A stretch of DNA of 64,000 bases from Pseudobdellovibrionaceae bacterium (GTDB taxonomy: Bacteria; Bdellovibrionota; Bdellovibrionia; Bdellovibrionales; UBA1609): contig JAAOIK010000035.1 of NCBI GenBank assembly GCA_015163855.1, positions 895 to 64,894 of the forward strand, written 5' to 3'. Positions 8,572-16,407 of this stretch are shown one piece after another; position 1 is the stretch's first letter; each line of letters begins with the position of its first letter. The translations under genes were made by a program, and so were the position numbers. The notes beneath the pieces were generated by a model. It was not told where the DNA came from, did no database searches, and saw only the letters and a program-made list of their open reading frames with translations.

Positions 8572-9954
8572 ATGAATGATGTAAAGGGTAAAAATGTAAT
8601 GATTGTGGGCTTGGGCAAAGTGGGCGTGTCTTTGTCTAGATTTTTATTATCTTTAGGAGCTAATGTTACCATTAGTGATCATAAATCTCCTCCAGAATTA
8701 GCCTACTATTTAGAACAAATTGACGACTTAGACATTAATTATGACTTAGGAGAACACTCTTTAAAGCTATTTTTAAAGCAAGATTTATTAATATTAAGCC
8801 CAGGGGTTTCGCCCGATTTAAAAGTTATTCAATACGCAAAAAATAATGAAGTACCTATTATTGGCGAAATGGAGTTTGTTTCGGCTTTTATTCAAGAACC
8901 TATTATTGCAGTAACAGGAACTAATGGAAAAACCACAACGGTAAAATTAATTCGTGATTTTTTACATGAATCTAATGTTAAAGTGTGGGCGGGTGGTAAT
9001 TACGGCGAACCAGCATCGGCGTATTTATTAAGTGGAAAAAAAGCCGATGTAGTTATTTTAGAAGTTTCTAGTTTTCAATTAGACATGTGTAAAACCTTTG
9101 CTCCTAAAACAATTGTTTTTACTAATTTATCAGAAAATCACTTAGACCGACATAAAAGTTTTGAAGCTTATGTTCAAGCCAAAAAACAAATTTTTGTAAA
9201 TAATAATGTTAACACCACTTGTATTTTAAACGCCGATGACGCCAATATTGTAGCCTTAGCGCGAGACCCAATTGTTTATCAAAAAAGTATTATTTTTTAT
9301 TTTTCTACTAACCCTTATTTTAAACAACAAATTATGACTATTGGTGGAGTAGTTAAAGTGGGCAACGAGTTACAAATTAAAGCCACTCCTCAATTAGATT
9401 TTTTATCTTTAGAAGATATAAAGTTAAAGGGATTGCATTCAGTCGAAAATATTATGGCAGCCTTACTGGCAGCGATGGAGCATGGAGCAACTATGCAGGC
9501 TATTAAAAAGGTAGTTTCTAGTTTTAAAGGATTGCCTCACCGTTTAGAATATGTTCGTCGAGTGGGAGGGGTTTTATTTTACAACGACTCTAAAGCCACT
9601 AATGTGCAAGCCGTAAAAAAAGCTTTAAATTCTTTTGATGAAAATGTTATTTTAGTTATGGGAGGAAAAGACACAGGGTTAAGTTACGAATCTTTAGCCG
9701 ACGATATTAAAGCGAAAGTAAAAACTTTAATTTTAGTAGGCGAAGCTAAAGAAAAAATTAATCGCGATTTGGGTGGAATTTCAGAAACTTTAATTATTGG
9801 TACTTTCGACGAAGCGGTATATACGGCTTATCAAAAAAGCAGAGTGGGCGACACGGTTTTATTATCACCAGGTTGCGCTAGCTTTGATGTGTTTAATAGC
9901 TATGCCGAACGAGGTAACCACTTTAAACGCATGGTAAATGAGTTTAATGCTTAA
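8572..9954 (+). CDS. murD: UDP-N-acetylmuramoylalanine--D-glutamate ligase
   Basis: N-terminal Rossmann motif VGLGKVG. Mur ligase P-loop GTNGKTTT. Position between mraY and ftsW. Confidence 0.92.
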   Translation: MNDVKGKNVMIVGLGKVGVSLSRFLLSLGANVTISDHKSPPELAYYLEQIDDLDINYDLGEHSLKLFLKQDLLILSPGVSPDLKVIQYAKNNEVPIIGEMEFVSAFIQEPIIAVTGTNGKTTTVKLIRDFLHESNVKVWAGGNYGEPASAYLLSGKKADVVILEVSSFQLDMCKTFAPKTIVFTNLSENHLDRHKSFEAYVQAKKQIFVNNNVNTTCILNADDANIVALARDPIVYQKSIIFYFSTNPYFKQQIMTIGGVVKVGNELQIKATPQLDFLSLEDIKLKGLHSVENIMAALLAAMEHGATMQAIKKVVSSFKGLPHRLEYVRRVGGVLFYNDSKATNVQAVKKALNSFDENVILVMGGKDTGLSYESLADDIKAKVKTLILVGEAKEKINRDLGGISETLIIGTFDEAVYTAYQKSRVGDTVLLSPGCASFDVFNSYAERGNHFKRMVNEFNA

Positions 9955-9968
9955 AAAAAAGGCTTTGC

Positions 9969-11090
9969 GTGCGTAAGTCGAAATCTTTTTCTTTAGACAA
10001 AGGTTTGTTTTTGTCTTTTATTTTTTTTATATTTTTCGGCTTAGTACATATTTATTCTTCAAGTTATATTTTTGCATTAGAAAAATATGGAAATCCATTA
10101 TATTTTTTTAATAAACAAGTAGTATTTACGCTGGTTTCTTTAGTGGTATTTTACATTACCATTAAATTGCCATGGCAGGTTGTTGTGCGTTTTTCTTCTT
10201 TGGCATTTTTTATCATTTTGTTTTTATTGGCTTTAACTTTAGTTCCATCAATAGGTGTAAAGGTGGGTGGGGCTAGGCGCTGGCTAAGTTTACCTTTATT
10301 TAATATTGAGCCAGTGGAGTTTTTTAAAATCATTATGGTGTTTTACTTTGCCAGGTTATTAAGTTTTAAAGATTGGATGGAAAATAAAAAAACTATTGCA
10401 ATACAGGTGGGTTTATTTTTTACTCCACTAATTATTTTATTGCTGCAGCCCGATTTTGGTAGTGTGGTTATTTATTTAGTGGTTTTTTTTGCACTATTAT
10501 TTGTATCGCCCATTAAACTTAGATGGATTTTACTAAGCGTAGTTACGGCCTTGGTGAGTTTATTTACTTTAATTATAATAGAACCCTATCGATTAAAACG
10601 CTTGCAAGCCGTGTTAGACCCATGGTCTGACCCCTACGGAAAAGGCTTTCAGTTAATTCAAAGTTTATTGGCTTTTTACTCGGGTTCTTGGTTGGGAAAG
10701 GGTTTGGGCGAGGGGCAAAGCAAACTCTTTTTTTTACCAGAAGCCCATACCGATTTTACTTTAGCGGTTTTAGGTGAAGAAATTGGCTTTGTTGGAGTTA
10801 GTTTTTTTATTAGTTTATATACCTATATAATTTATAAAGGCTTTGTAATTGCTTATCAAAGCAAAGACATTTATCAGTCTTATGTGGCCACAGGTTTAAC
10901 CGTGGTATTTGGGCTAGGGGTGTATTTAAATATTGCCATCGAATTAGGCCTGTTGCCTCCCAAAGGTTTATCTTTAGCTTTTTTAAGTTATGGAGGTAGT
11001 CATCTGTTAGCCAATAGTATTATTATTGCTATATTATTAAATATTGATAAAGCCACAAAAAAAGCCAGATACAAAAAAGCTTGGGGTTAA
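9969..11090 (+). CDS. ftsW: SEDS-family peptidoglycan polymerase FtsW
   Basis: GTG start. Polytopic. LQPDFGS and EAHTDF motifs typical of FtsW/RodA. Its position between murD and murG supports ftsW. Confidence 0.85.
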   Translation: MRKSKSFSLDKGLFLSFIFFIFFGLVHIYSSSYIFALEKYGNPLYFFNKQVVFTLVSLVVFYITIKLPWQVVVRFSSLAFFIILFLLALTLVPSIGVKVGGARRWLSLPLFNIEPVEFFKIIMVFYFARLLSFKDWMENKKTIAIQVGLFFTPLIILLLQPDFGSVVIYLVVFFALLFVSPIKLRWILLSVVTALVSLFTLIIIEPYRLKRLQAVLDPWSDPYGKGFQLIQSLLAFYSGSWLGKGLGEGQSKLFFLPEAHTDFTLAVLGEEIGFVGVSFFISLYTYIIYKGFVIAYQSKDIYQSYVATGLTVVFGLGVYLNIAIELGLLPPKGLSLAFLSYGGSHLLANSIIIAILLNIDKATKKARYKKAWG

Positions 11091-11093
11091 GAC

Positions 11094-12215
11094 ATGAATA
11101 ATAACACAAAAAACAAAGTAATATTTGCAGGTGGAGGAACAGGGGGGCATATTTACCCTGGCTTAGCCTTGGCACAATATTTAGAAGGCACACAAGCTAA
11201 TCAAGAAAGTATTTTTATTGGAGGCAATCAGGGGCTAGAAAAATCTATTTTATCTACTACAAAATATTTATTAAAAACCACCTTGGTAAAACCCTTTAAC
11301 CAAGCAGGAGCATTAAAAAAAATACTATCCTTGTTTTGGTTTTTACCCATAGCCACTATACAAGCTATAATTTTATTAATAAAAATAAAACCAAAGTGGG
11401 TGCTAAGTTTAGGCAGTTATGCGGCTGTTCCCGTAGGTATTGCTGCTTTTTTATTAAGAATACCTTTATTTACTTGGGAGCCCAATGCTAAAGCGGGTTT
11501 AGCCAATCGTTTGTTGTCGTATTTTTCTCGCATTAATTTTATTATTTTTAAAGAAGTAAAAAACCAATTAAAAGGGCAATGTTTAATTTCGGGCCTTCCT
11601 TTGCGAAAAGAACTAATTAAAAAAATACCTTTGTCTGGCCCAGTGCCCTTTACAAACACCACTGCGTTTTCTTCTAAACAGCCCTTTAAAATTTTAATTG
11701 TAGGAGGCAGTTTAGGTTCTAATTTTTTAAACACTAATTTTTGTAAACTGTGGCCTTATTTAAAGCAACATCCTATTTCGATTATTCATCAAACAGGAAA
11801 AAAGCATTTTGAAACCACTAAGCAAGCTTACAAAATTTATAACCAAAATGCGCTAAAGTATAAAGTAGTAAAATATTTACCCAACATTTACGAAGAATAC
11901 GGGTGGGCCAATTTAGTAATTTCTCGAGCAGGAATAAATACTTTATTCGAGCTAGCCGCTTGTGCAAAGGCTAGTGTGTTAATCCCTTACAGTTTGTCGG
12001 CAGATAACCATCAATACAAAAATGCAAAAGTCTTAGAAAAAAACAAACAAGCTATTTTGGTAGAAGAAAAAGCCTTTTCTACAATAAAGTTAAAAAGCAT
12101 AATCGAAAACTTTATTCAATACCCCGAAACGCTAGCCCATTTAGAAAAAAACATAACTAGCTTTTACAGTAAAAATGCAGAAGGCTTTATCATAGACAAA
12201 ATAACTAAAACTTAG
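11094..12215 (+). CDS. murG: UDP-GlcNAc:lipid I N-acetylglucosaminyltransferase
   Basis: GGGTGGHIYPGLA glycine-rich loop. dcw synteny. Confidence 0.9.
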   Translation: MNNNTKNKVIFAGGGTGGHIYPGLALAQYLEGTQANQESIFIGGNQGLEKSILSTTKYLLKTTLVKPFNQAGALKKILSLFWFLPIATIQAIILLIKIKPKWVLSLGSYAAVPVGIAAFLLRIPLFTWEPNAKAGLANRLLSYFSRINFIIFKEVKNQLKGQCLISGLPLRKELIKKIPLSGPVPFTNTTAFSSKQPFKILIVGGSLGSNFLNTNFCKLWPYLKQHPISIIHQTGKKHFETTKQAYKIYNQNALKYKVVKYLPNIYEEYGWANLVISRAGINTLFELAACAKASVLIPYSLSADNHQYKNAKVLEKNKQAILVEEKAFSTIKLKSIIENFIQYPETLAHLEKNITSFYSKNAEGFIIDKITKT

Positions 12216-12234
12216 TCAGTATTCTCGCAAAGGC

Positions 12235-12326
12235 GTTTTAAGAGATTATTTTATTTAAACCCTTTTGCTCTGGCATCCCTTCGGGCTGAGTCGCCAAAGG
12301 GCTTAAATAAAATAATCTCTTAAAAC
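12235..12326 (+). repeat. Long imperfect inverted repeat (31-bp arms, 30/31 complementary) with a structured 30-nt loop
   Basis: Left arm is 12235-12265, GTTTTAAGAGATTATTTTATTTAAACCCTTT. Right arm is 12296-12326, AAAGGGCTTAAATAAAATAATCTCTTAAAAC. The loop contains TGGC..GCCA and CCCTTCGGG (a C(UUCG)G-type cap). It lies in the 159-nt murG-murC gap. Confidence 0.75.
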
Positions 12327-12374
12327 CCATTTACTCGCCTCTTAAAACTCAACCATTGTGAGCCAGTTTTTTTT

Positions 12375-13850
12375 ATGCTATTTATAAGCATGGCCAAAAA
12401 CCCAAAAAATTCGCATTTAAAATTAGCTAACAAAGACCACTTATTAAAGTTGCCTCAATTATCTCATTTACATATTCATTTTATTGGAGTGGGTGGAATT
12501 GGTGTTAGCGGGTTAGCAGAAATTTTTTTTAACATGGGGGCTACGATTTCGGGTAGTGATTTAAAAGAAAATCAGCAAACTTTATGGTTAAAAGATTTAG
12601 GAATTTCGGTTTCCATTGGTCACAAGGCAGAAAATGTTTGCCAAGCCAATGTGGTTATTTATTCTAGTGCTATTGCTAAAAACAATGTGGAATTTTTAGA
12701 GGCAAAAAAATTAGGACTAAGTGTAATTTCTCGTGGAGAAGCTTTGGCCGAACTTATGTTTTTAAAAAGAGGTGTAGCTGTGGCAGGGGCTCATGGCAAA
12801 ACCACAACCACAGCTATGTTAACTTCTGTATTTATGCCCTTTTCTCCTACCACAGTGGTTGGGGGTAGAGTTAACTCCATTGGCTCTAACAGTTGTTTGG
12901 GTGCGGGGGAGTGGTGCTTGGTAGAGTCTGACGAAAGTGATGGTAGTTTTATTAAATTACGACCCGAAATTGCTATTATTACTAATTTAGACAAAGAACA
13001 TTTAGATTATTATAAAAGTTTTTCTAATTTAAAAAAATATTTTTTAGAGTTTGGGTCTAACATTCCCTTTTATGGAGCTTTAATTGTTTGCGGCGACGAC
13101 CCTGAGCTTTCCGAAATGTTTAAAGATTTTTATAAAAATATTATTTATTATGGCTGGAATAAAAGTAATGATTTTTATTTACAAAAAGTCCATCTTAAAA
13201 AGGTAGAAATTGTAGAGAAAAAAACAGGCACAGTGGTGGGGTCGTTTGCTCCTCCCCTTCCAGGTAGACATAATGCTTTAAATGCTTTGGCAGCAGTGAT
13301 TGCAGGTTATCAATCGGGCTTGTCGTGGCAACAGTCTTGTGAAAATTTATCACTGTTTACGGGTTTATCTAGACGCTTTGAGCTAAAAAACGAAACCAAT
13401 GCGGTATTATTTTATGATGATTATGCTCATCACCCCACAGAAATTACAGCCGTTATCGAAGCCTTTAAAGAAACTTATCCTAATAAAAAATTAAAAATTT
13501 TATTTCAACCCCATCGTTATAGCAGAACGCAACATTTGTGGGTGGATTTTTTAACCTGTTTTAAAGGCGCCGATCAAGTATTTTTAATGGATGTTTACGA
13601 GGCTGGCGAAGCTCCAGTAAAGGGAGTAAATGCTTTTGAGTTAGCAAAACAAATTAAGCAAGTAAAGGCTGAGTACTTAAAAGAATCGGATATTTTAAAT
13701 TATTTTTCTAAAAATTTGTTACCAGAAGATATTTTTTTAACTCTAGGTGCTGGTGATATTTCTTTATGGAATGAAAAAGTTTATACCGCTTTAAAAGGAA
13801 ACAGTAGTGTATGCAGCAACCAAAAAACCTTAAAGAAAACTACAGTTTAA
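12375..13850 (+). CDS. murC: UDP-N-acetylmuramate--L-alanine ligase
   Basis: GVGGIGVSGLAE and GAHGKTTTT. The start could instead be the second ATG at 12390. Confidence 0.92.
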   Translation: MLFISMAKNPKNSHLKLANKDHLLKLPQLSHLHIHFIGVGGIGVSGLAEIFFNMGATISGSDLKENQQTLWLKDLGISVSIGHKAENVCQANVVIYSSAIAKNNVEFLEAKKLGLSVISRGEALAELMFLKRGVAVAGAHGKTTTTAMLTSVFMPFSPTTVVGGRVNSIGSNSCLGAGEWCLVESDESDGSFIKLRPEIAIITNLDKEHLDYYKSFSNLKKYFLEFGSNIPFYGALIVCGDDPELSEMFKDFYKNIIYYGWNKSNDFYLQKVHLKKVEIVEKKTGTVVGSFAPPLPGRHNALNALAAVIAGYQSGLSWQQSCENLSLFTGLSRRFELKNETNAVLFYDDYAHHPTEITAVIEAFKETYPNKKLKILFQPHRYSRTQHLWVDFLTCFKGADQVFLMDVYEAGEAPVKGVNAFELAKQIKQVKAEYLKESDILNYFSKNLLPEDIFLTLGAGDISLWNEKVYTALKGNSSVCSNQKTLKKTTV

Positions 13851-14788
13851 AACGATTAAACTCTTGGAGAGTGGGCGGCGAGGCTAGGTACTTTGCCACG
13901 CCTAGTTCTGTGGACGAGCTAAAGGCCCTTTTGCTGTGGGCCTCTTTTTATAAAATTGTGGTATTTATATTAGCCGACGGAACTAATTTATTAATTAGTG
14001 ATAAGCCTTTGGAAGGTTTAGTAATTGGTTTAAAAAAATTACGAACTAGCACCGAAGAAATAAAAGAAATAGAAAACAAAAAAGACATATCTAGCTTATC
14101 TTTTTCTTTGTTATCGGGCACTCCAAAAAATGATTTATTTAGTATTTGTTTAAAACAACATTTGTCGGCAAGTATTTTTTTAGCAGGCCTTCCCGGAAGT
14201 GTTGGAGGAGGGGTAGTTATGAATGCAGGGGTGGGTTTTGATGTTTGCCCTAAAGAGTTTAAAGATATTGTAGATTGGGTAGAGGTTTTATCTTTTAACC
14301 CCGAAGATAAAAGTTTTAAAAAAACTCAATATAAAAAATCCGAGCTACTATGGGGATACAGGTCTTGTAAAAATTGGCAATCTAATAAAAATAACGCCAA
14401 CAAAGATATCATTACTAAAGTGGGCTTTTGTTTTTCGTCAAAAGAATTTGATAAACCTTTAAAGCAAAAACAAGTTATTGAAAACAAGGTGCAAGAGGCA
14501 CAGGTTTTTAGAAAAACCAAACAACCCGTTAATACTTTTAATTGCGGGTCGGTGTTTAAAAACCCCAAAGGATATTCGGCAGGAGCATTAATTGACGAGT
14601 GTGGGTTAAAATTAGCTTCTGTGGGAGGGGCGTCGGTTTCGCAGTTACATGCCAATTTTATTGTTGCAGAAAAGGGAACTAAATCGACAGATATTTTTTT
14701 GTTGATTAAAAAAATACAAAATACAGTTTTAGAAAAAAAAAATATTGCTTTAAATTTAGAAGTAAAATTAATGGGAAGCTTTAATTAG
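13811..14788 (+). CDS. murB: UDP-N-acetylenolpyruvoylglucosamine reductase
   Basis: SWRVGGEA, GTNLLISD, GSVFKNP, SQLHANFIV. Overlaps the murC 3' end by 40 nt. Confidence 0.87.
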   Translation: MQQPKNLKENYSLKRLNSWRVGGEARYFATPSSVDELKALLLWASFYKIVVFILADGTNLLISDKPLEGLVIGLKKLRTSTEEIKEIENKKDISSLSFSLLSGTPKNDLFSICLKQHLSASIFLAGLPGSVGGGVVMNAGVGFDVCPKEFKDIVDWVEVLSFNPEDKSFKKTQYKKSELLWGYRSCKNWQSNKNNANKDIITKVGFCFSSKEFDKPLKQKQVIENKVQEAQVFRKTKQPVNTFNCGSVFKNPKGYSAGALIDECGLKLASVGGASVSQLHANFIVAEKGTKSTDIFLLIKKIQNTVLEKKNIALNLEVKLMGSFN

Positions 14789-14821
14789 GTTTCTTAAAAA
14801 AAAGGATTTTAAAAATATACA

Positions 14822-15787
14822 ATGCCTAAAGATTTAATACAAAACATTGCCATAATTCAAGGTGGAGCTAGCTCGGAAAAAGCCATTAGTTATCAAACCT
14901 CTTTAAGTTTACAAAAAGCTATGAAAAATTTGGGCTATTCGTATTGCCTTTTAGAGGCCGACGATAATTTAAGCCAAAATTTAATAAAACAAAAAATTAC
15001 AAAAGCCATTTTAGCCGTTCATGGCCAGTATGCAGAAGATGGAACTTTACAAGGGCTTTTAGAGTACTTAAAAATTCCCTATACGGGTTCGGGAGTGTTA
15101 GCCTCTGCGGTGTGTATGGATAAAGTTATTTTTAAAAAAATTATTACTTCTTTAAATATTACTACTCCTAAATACTGTTGCATAACTAAAAAAAGTTTAG
15201 ATAAAGCGCAAGATTTTTTAAAACAACAAGGTTTGCCCTTAGTAGTAAAGCCATCTAGAGGGGGGTCTAGCTTGGGCACTTTTATTATTAAAAAAGAGTC
15301 CGAATATTTAACAGCAATTACAGAAGCTTTAAAAGAAGATTCGCAAGTTTTAATAGAAGAGTGTATTGAAGGGGCAGAAATTACTATTCCTTTTTTTGAT
15401 AATAATTTTTTAACTCCCATTGAAATTAGTACTAAAACGGGCTTTTATGATTATAAAAATAAATACACCAAGGGTTGCACCCATTATAAACTATTAAAAA
15501 AACCCAATCAAGATACCATAAATAGTCCGTTGTCTAAAAAAGAGCCTTCTTCGCCTTTAGCCAAGGGGCAAGAAAGTGTAAAACAGATTATTCAATTTTT
15601 AGATATTCGCCATTACGGAAGAGCAGATTTTATTTTAGATAAAAACCAGCAGATGCATTTATTAGAAATTAACACTTTGCCAGGATTTACCGAGTCTTCT
15701 TTAATTACTAAATCGGGAAAGCATGATAAATTAAGTTTAAAAGCTATGATGCAGTTTTTAATAGATAACGCGACTTTAGATTACTAG
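14822..15787 (+). CDS. ddl: D-alanine--D-alanine ligase
   Basis: ATP-grasp layout with HGQYAEDGTLQGLLE, PLVVKPSRGGSSLG and EINTLPGFT. Follows murB. Confidence 0.9.
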   Translation: MPKDLIQNIAIIQGGASSEKAISYQTSLSLQKAMKNLGYSYCLLEADDNLSQNLIKQKITKAILAVHGQYAEDGTLQGLLEYLKIPYTGSGVLASAVCMDKVIFKKIITSLNITTPKYCCITKKSLDKAQDFLKQQGLPLVVKPSRGGSSLGTFIIKKESEYLTAITEALKEDSQVLIEECIEGAEITIPFFDNNFLTPIEISTKTGFYDYKNKYTKGCTHYKLLKKPNQDTINSPLSKKEPSSPLAKGQESVKQIIQFLDIRHYGRADFILDKNQQMHLLEINTLPGFTESSLITKSGKHDKLSLKAMMQFLIDNATLDY

Positions 15788-15840
15788 CTGGTTATAATAA
15801 TACTTATAAAAAACCGTTTTAAATTAATAACTTATTTAGT

Positions 15841-15883
15841 TTTTAATAACCTGTTGCATTTTTAATAACTTGTTGCATTTTTA
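15841..15883. repeat. 19-bp tandem direct repeat, TTTTAATAAC(C/T)TGTTGCAT, x2 plus a partial third copy
   Basis: Units at 15841-15859 and 15860-15878 differ at one position. A third TTAATAAC lies at 15823-15830. The inverted repeat AACAAG-n5-CTTGTT lies at about 15910-15926. All are upstream of the His-rich gene. Confidence 0.7.
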
Positions 15884-15960
15884 CACTTTAAACTTGTACT
15901 GTTTTTGTAACAAGCTACACTTGTTGTACTAAATAACTATTTTAAGTAAAGGAGATTGCT

Positions 15961-16314
15961 ATGAAAAAAAGTGTAATTATTGGTTTTTTTGTATTTGTAT
16001 TTTCTGGTTTTGTTTTCGCATGTGCTGACGGCGTGGCTTGTCACCACAAAGGCAAAAAAGGCGAAGGCTACTCTTGTAATCATAAAGAAAAAGGCCATCA
16101 CAAAGGCGAAGGCCATCAAAAAGGCAAAAAATATTCTTGTAATCACAAAGGTGAAGGCCATCACGGCGAAGGCCATCACAAAGGCGAAGGCCATCACAAA
16201 GGCAAAAAATATTCTTGCAATCACAAAGAAAAAGGCCATCACAAAGGCGAAGGCCATCACGGTAAAAAAGACAAAAAGCATTCTTGCAATCACGATAAAT
16301 CGCACCGAGGCTAG
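15961..16314 (+). CDS. Small secreted (probably lipoprotein) His/Gly/Lys-rich repeat protein; putative metal-binding protein
   Basis: SD AAGGAG lies 6 nt upstream. Signal peptide with a lipobox-like FVFAC. The mature part consists of HHKGEG-type repeats and four (Y/H)SCNH motifs plus one ACHH motif. Roughly one residue in five is His. Confidence 0.7.
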   Translation: MKKSVIIGFFVFVFSGFVFACADGVACHHKGKKGEGYSCNHKEKGHHKGEGHQKGKKYSCNHKGEGHHGEGHHKGEGHHKGKKYSCNHKEKGHHKGEGHHGKKDKKHSCNHDKSHRG

Positions 16315-16344
16315 TAGCTAGGCTAGTAGCTAGGCTAGTAGCTC
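16309..16344. repeat. 12-bp tandem repeat, GGCTAGTAGCTA, x3
   Basis: Units at 16309, 16321 and 16333 (the last ends in C). The gene's TAG stop (16312-16314) lies inside unit 1. Every unit carries stop codons in all three + frames. Confidence 0.8.
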
Positions 16345-16407
16345 GGCTCGGCGAGGGCGTTTATATTTTTAGCAATTTTTTATGACTATTATTTCGGGCC
16401 AGTTTGT

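Noticed and set aside
15937-16321. Two alternative ORFs over the His-rich gene: 15937-16305(-), rich in FAFVMAF repeats, and 15980-16321(+), rich in KAITKAKA repeats.
   Set aside because: These are frame artefacts of the repetitive DNA. Only the 15961 frame has an SD (AAGGAG), a signal peptide with a lipobox, and a coherent motif structure.
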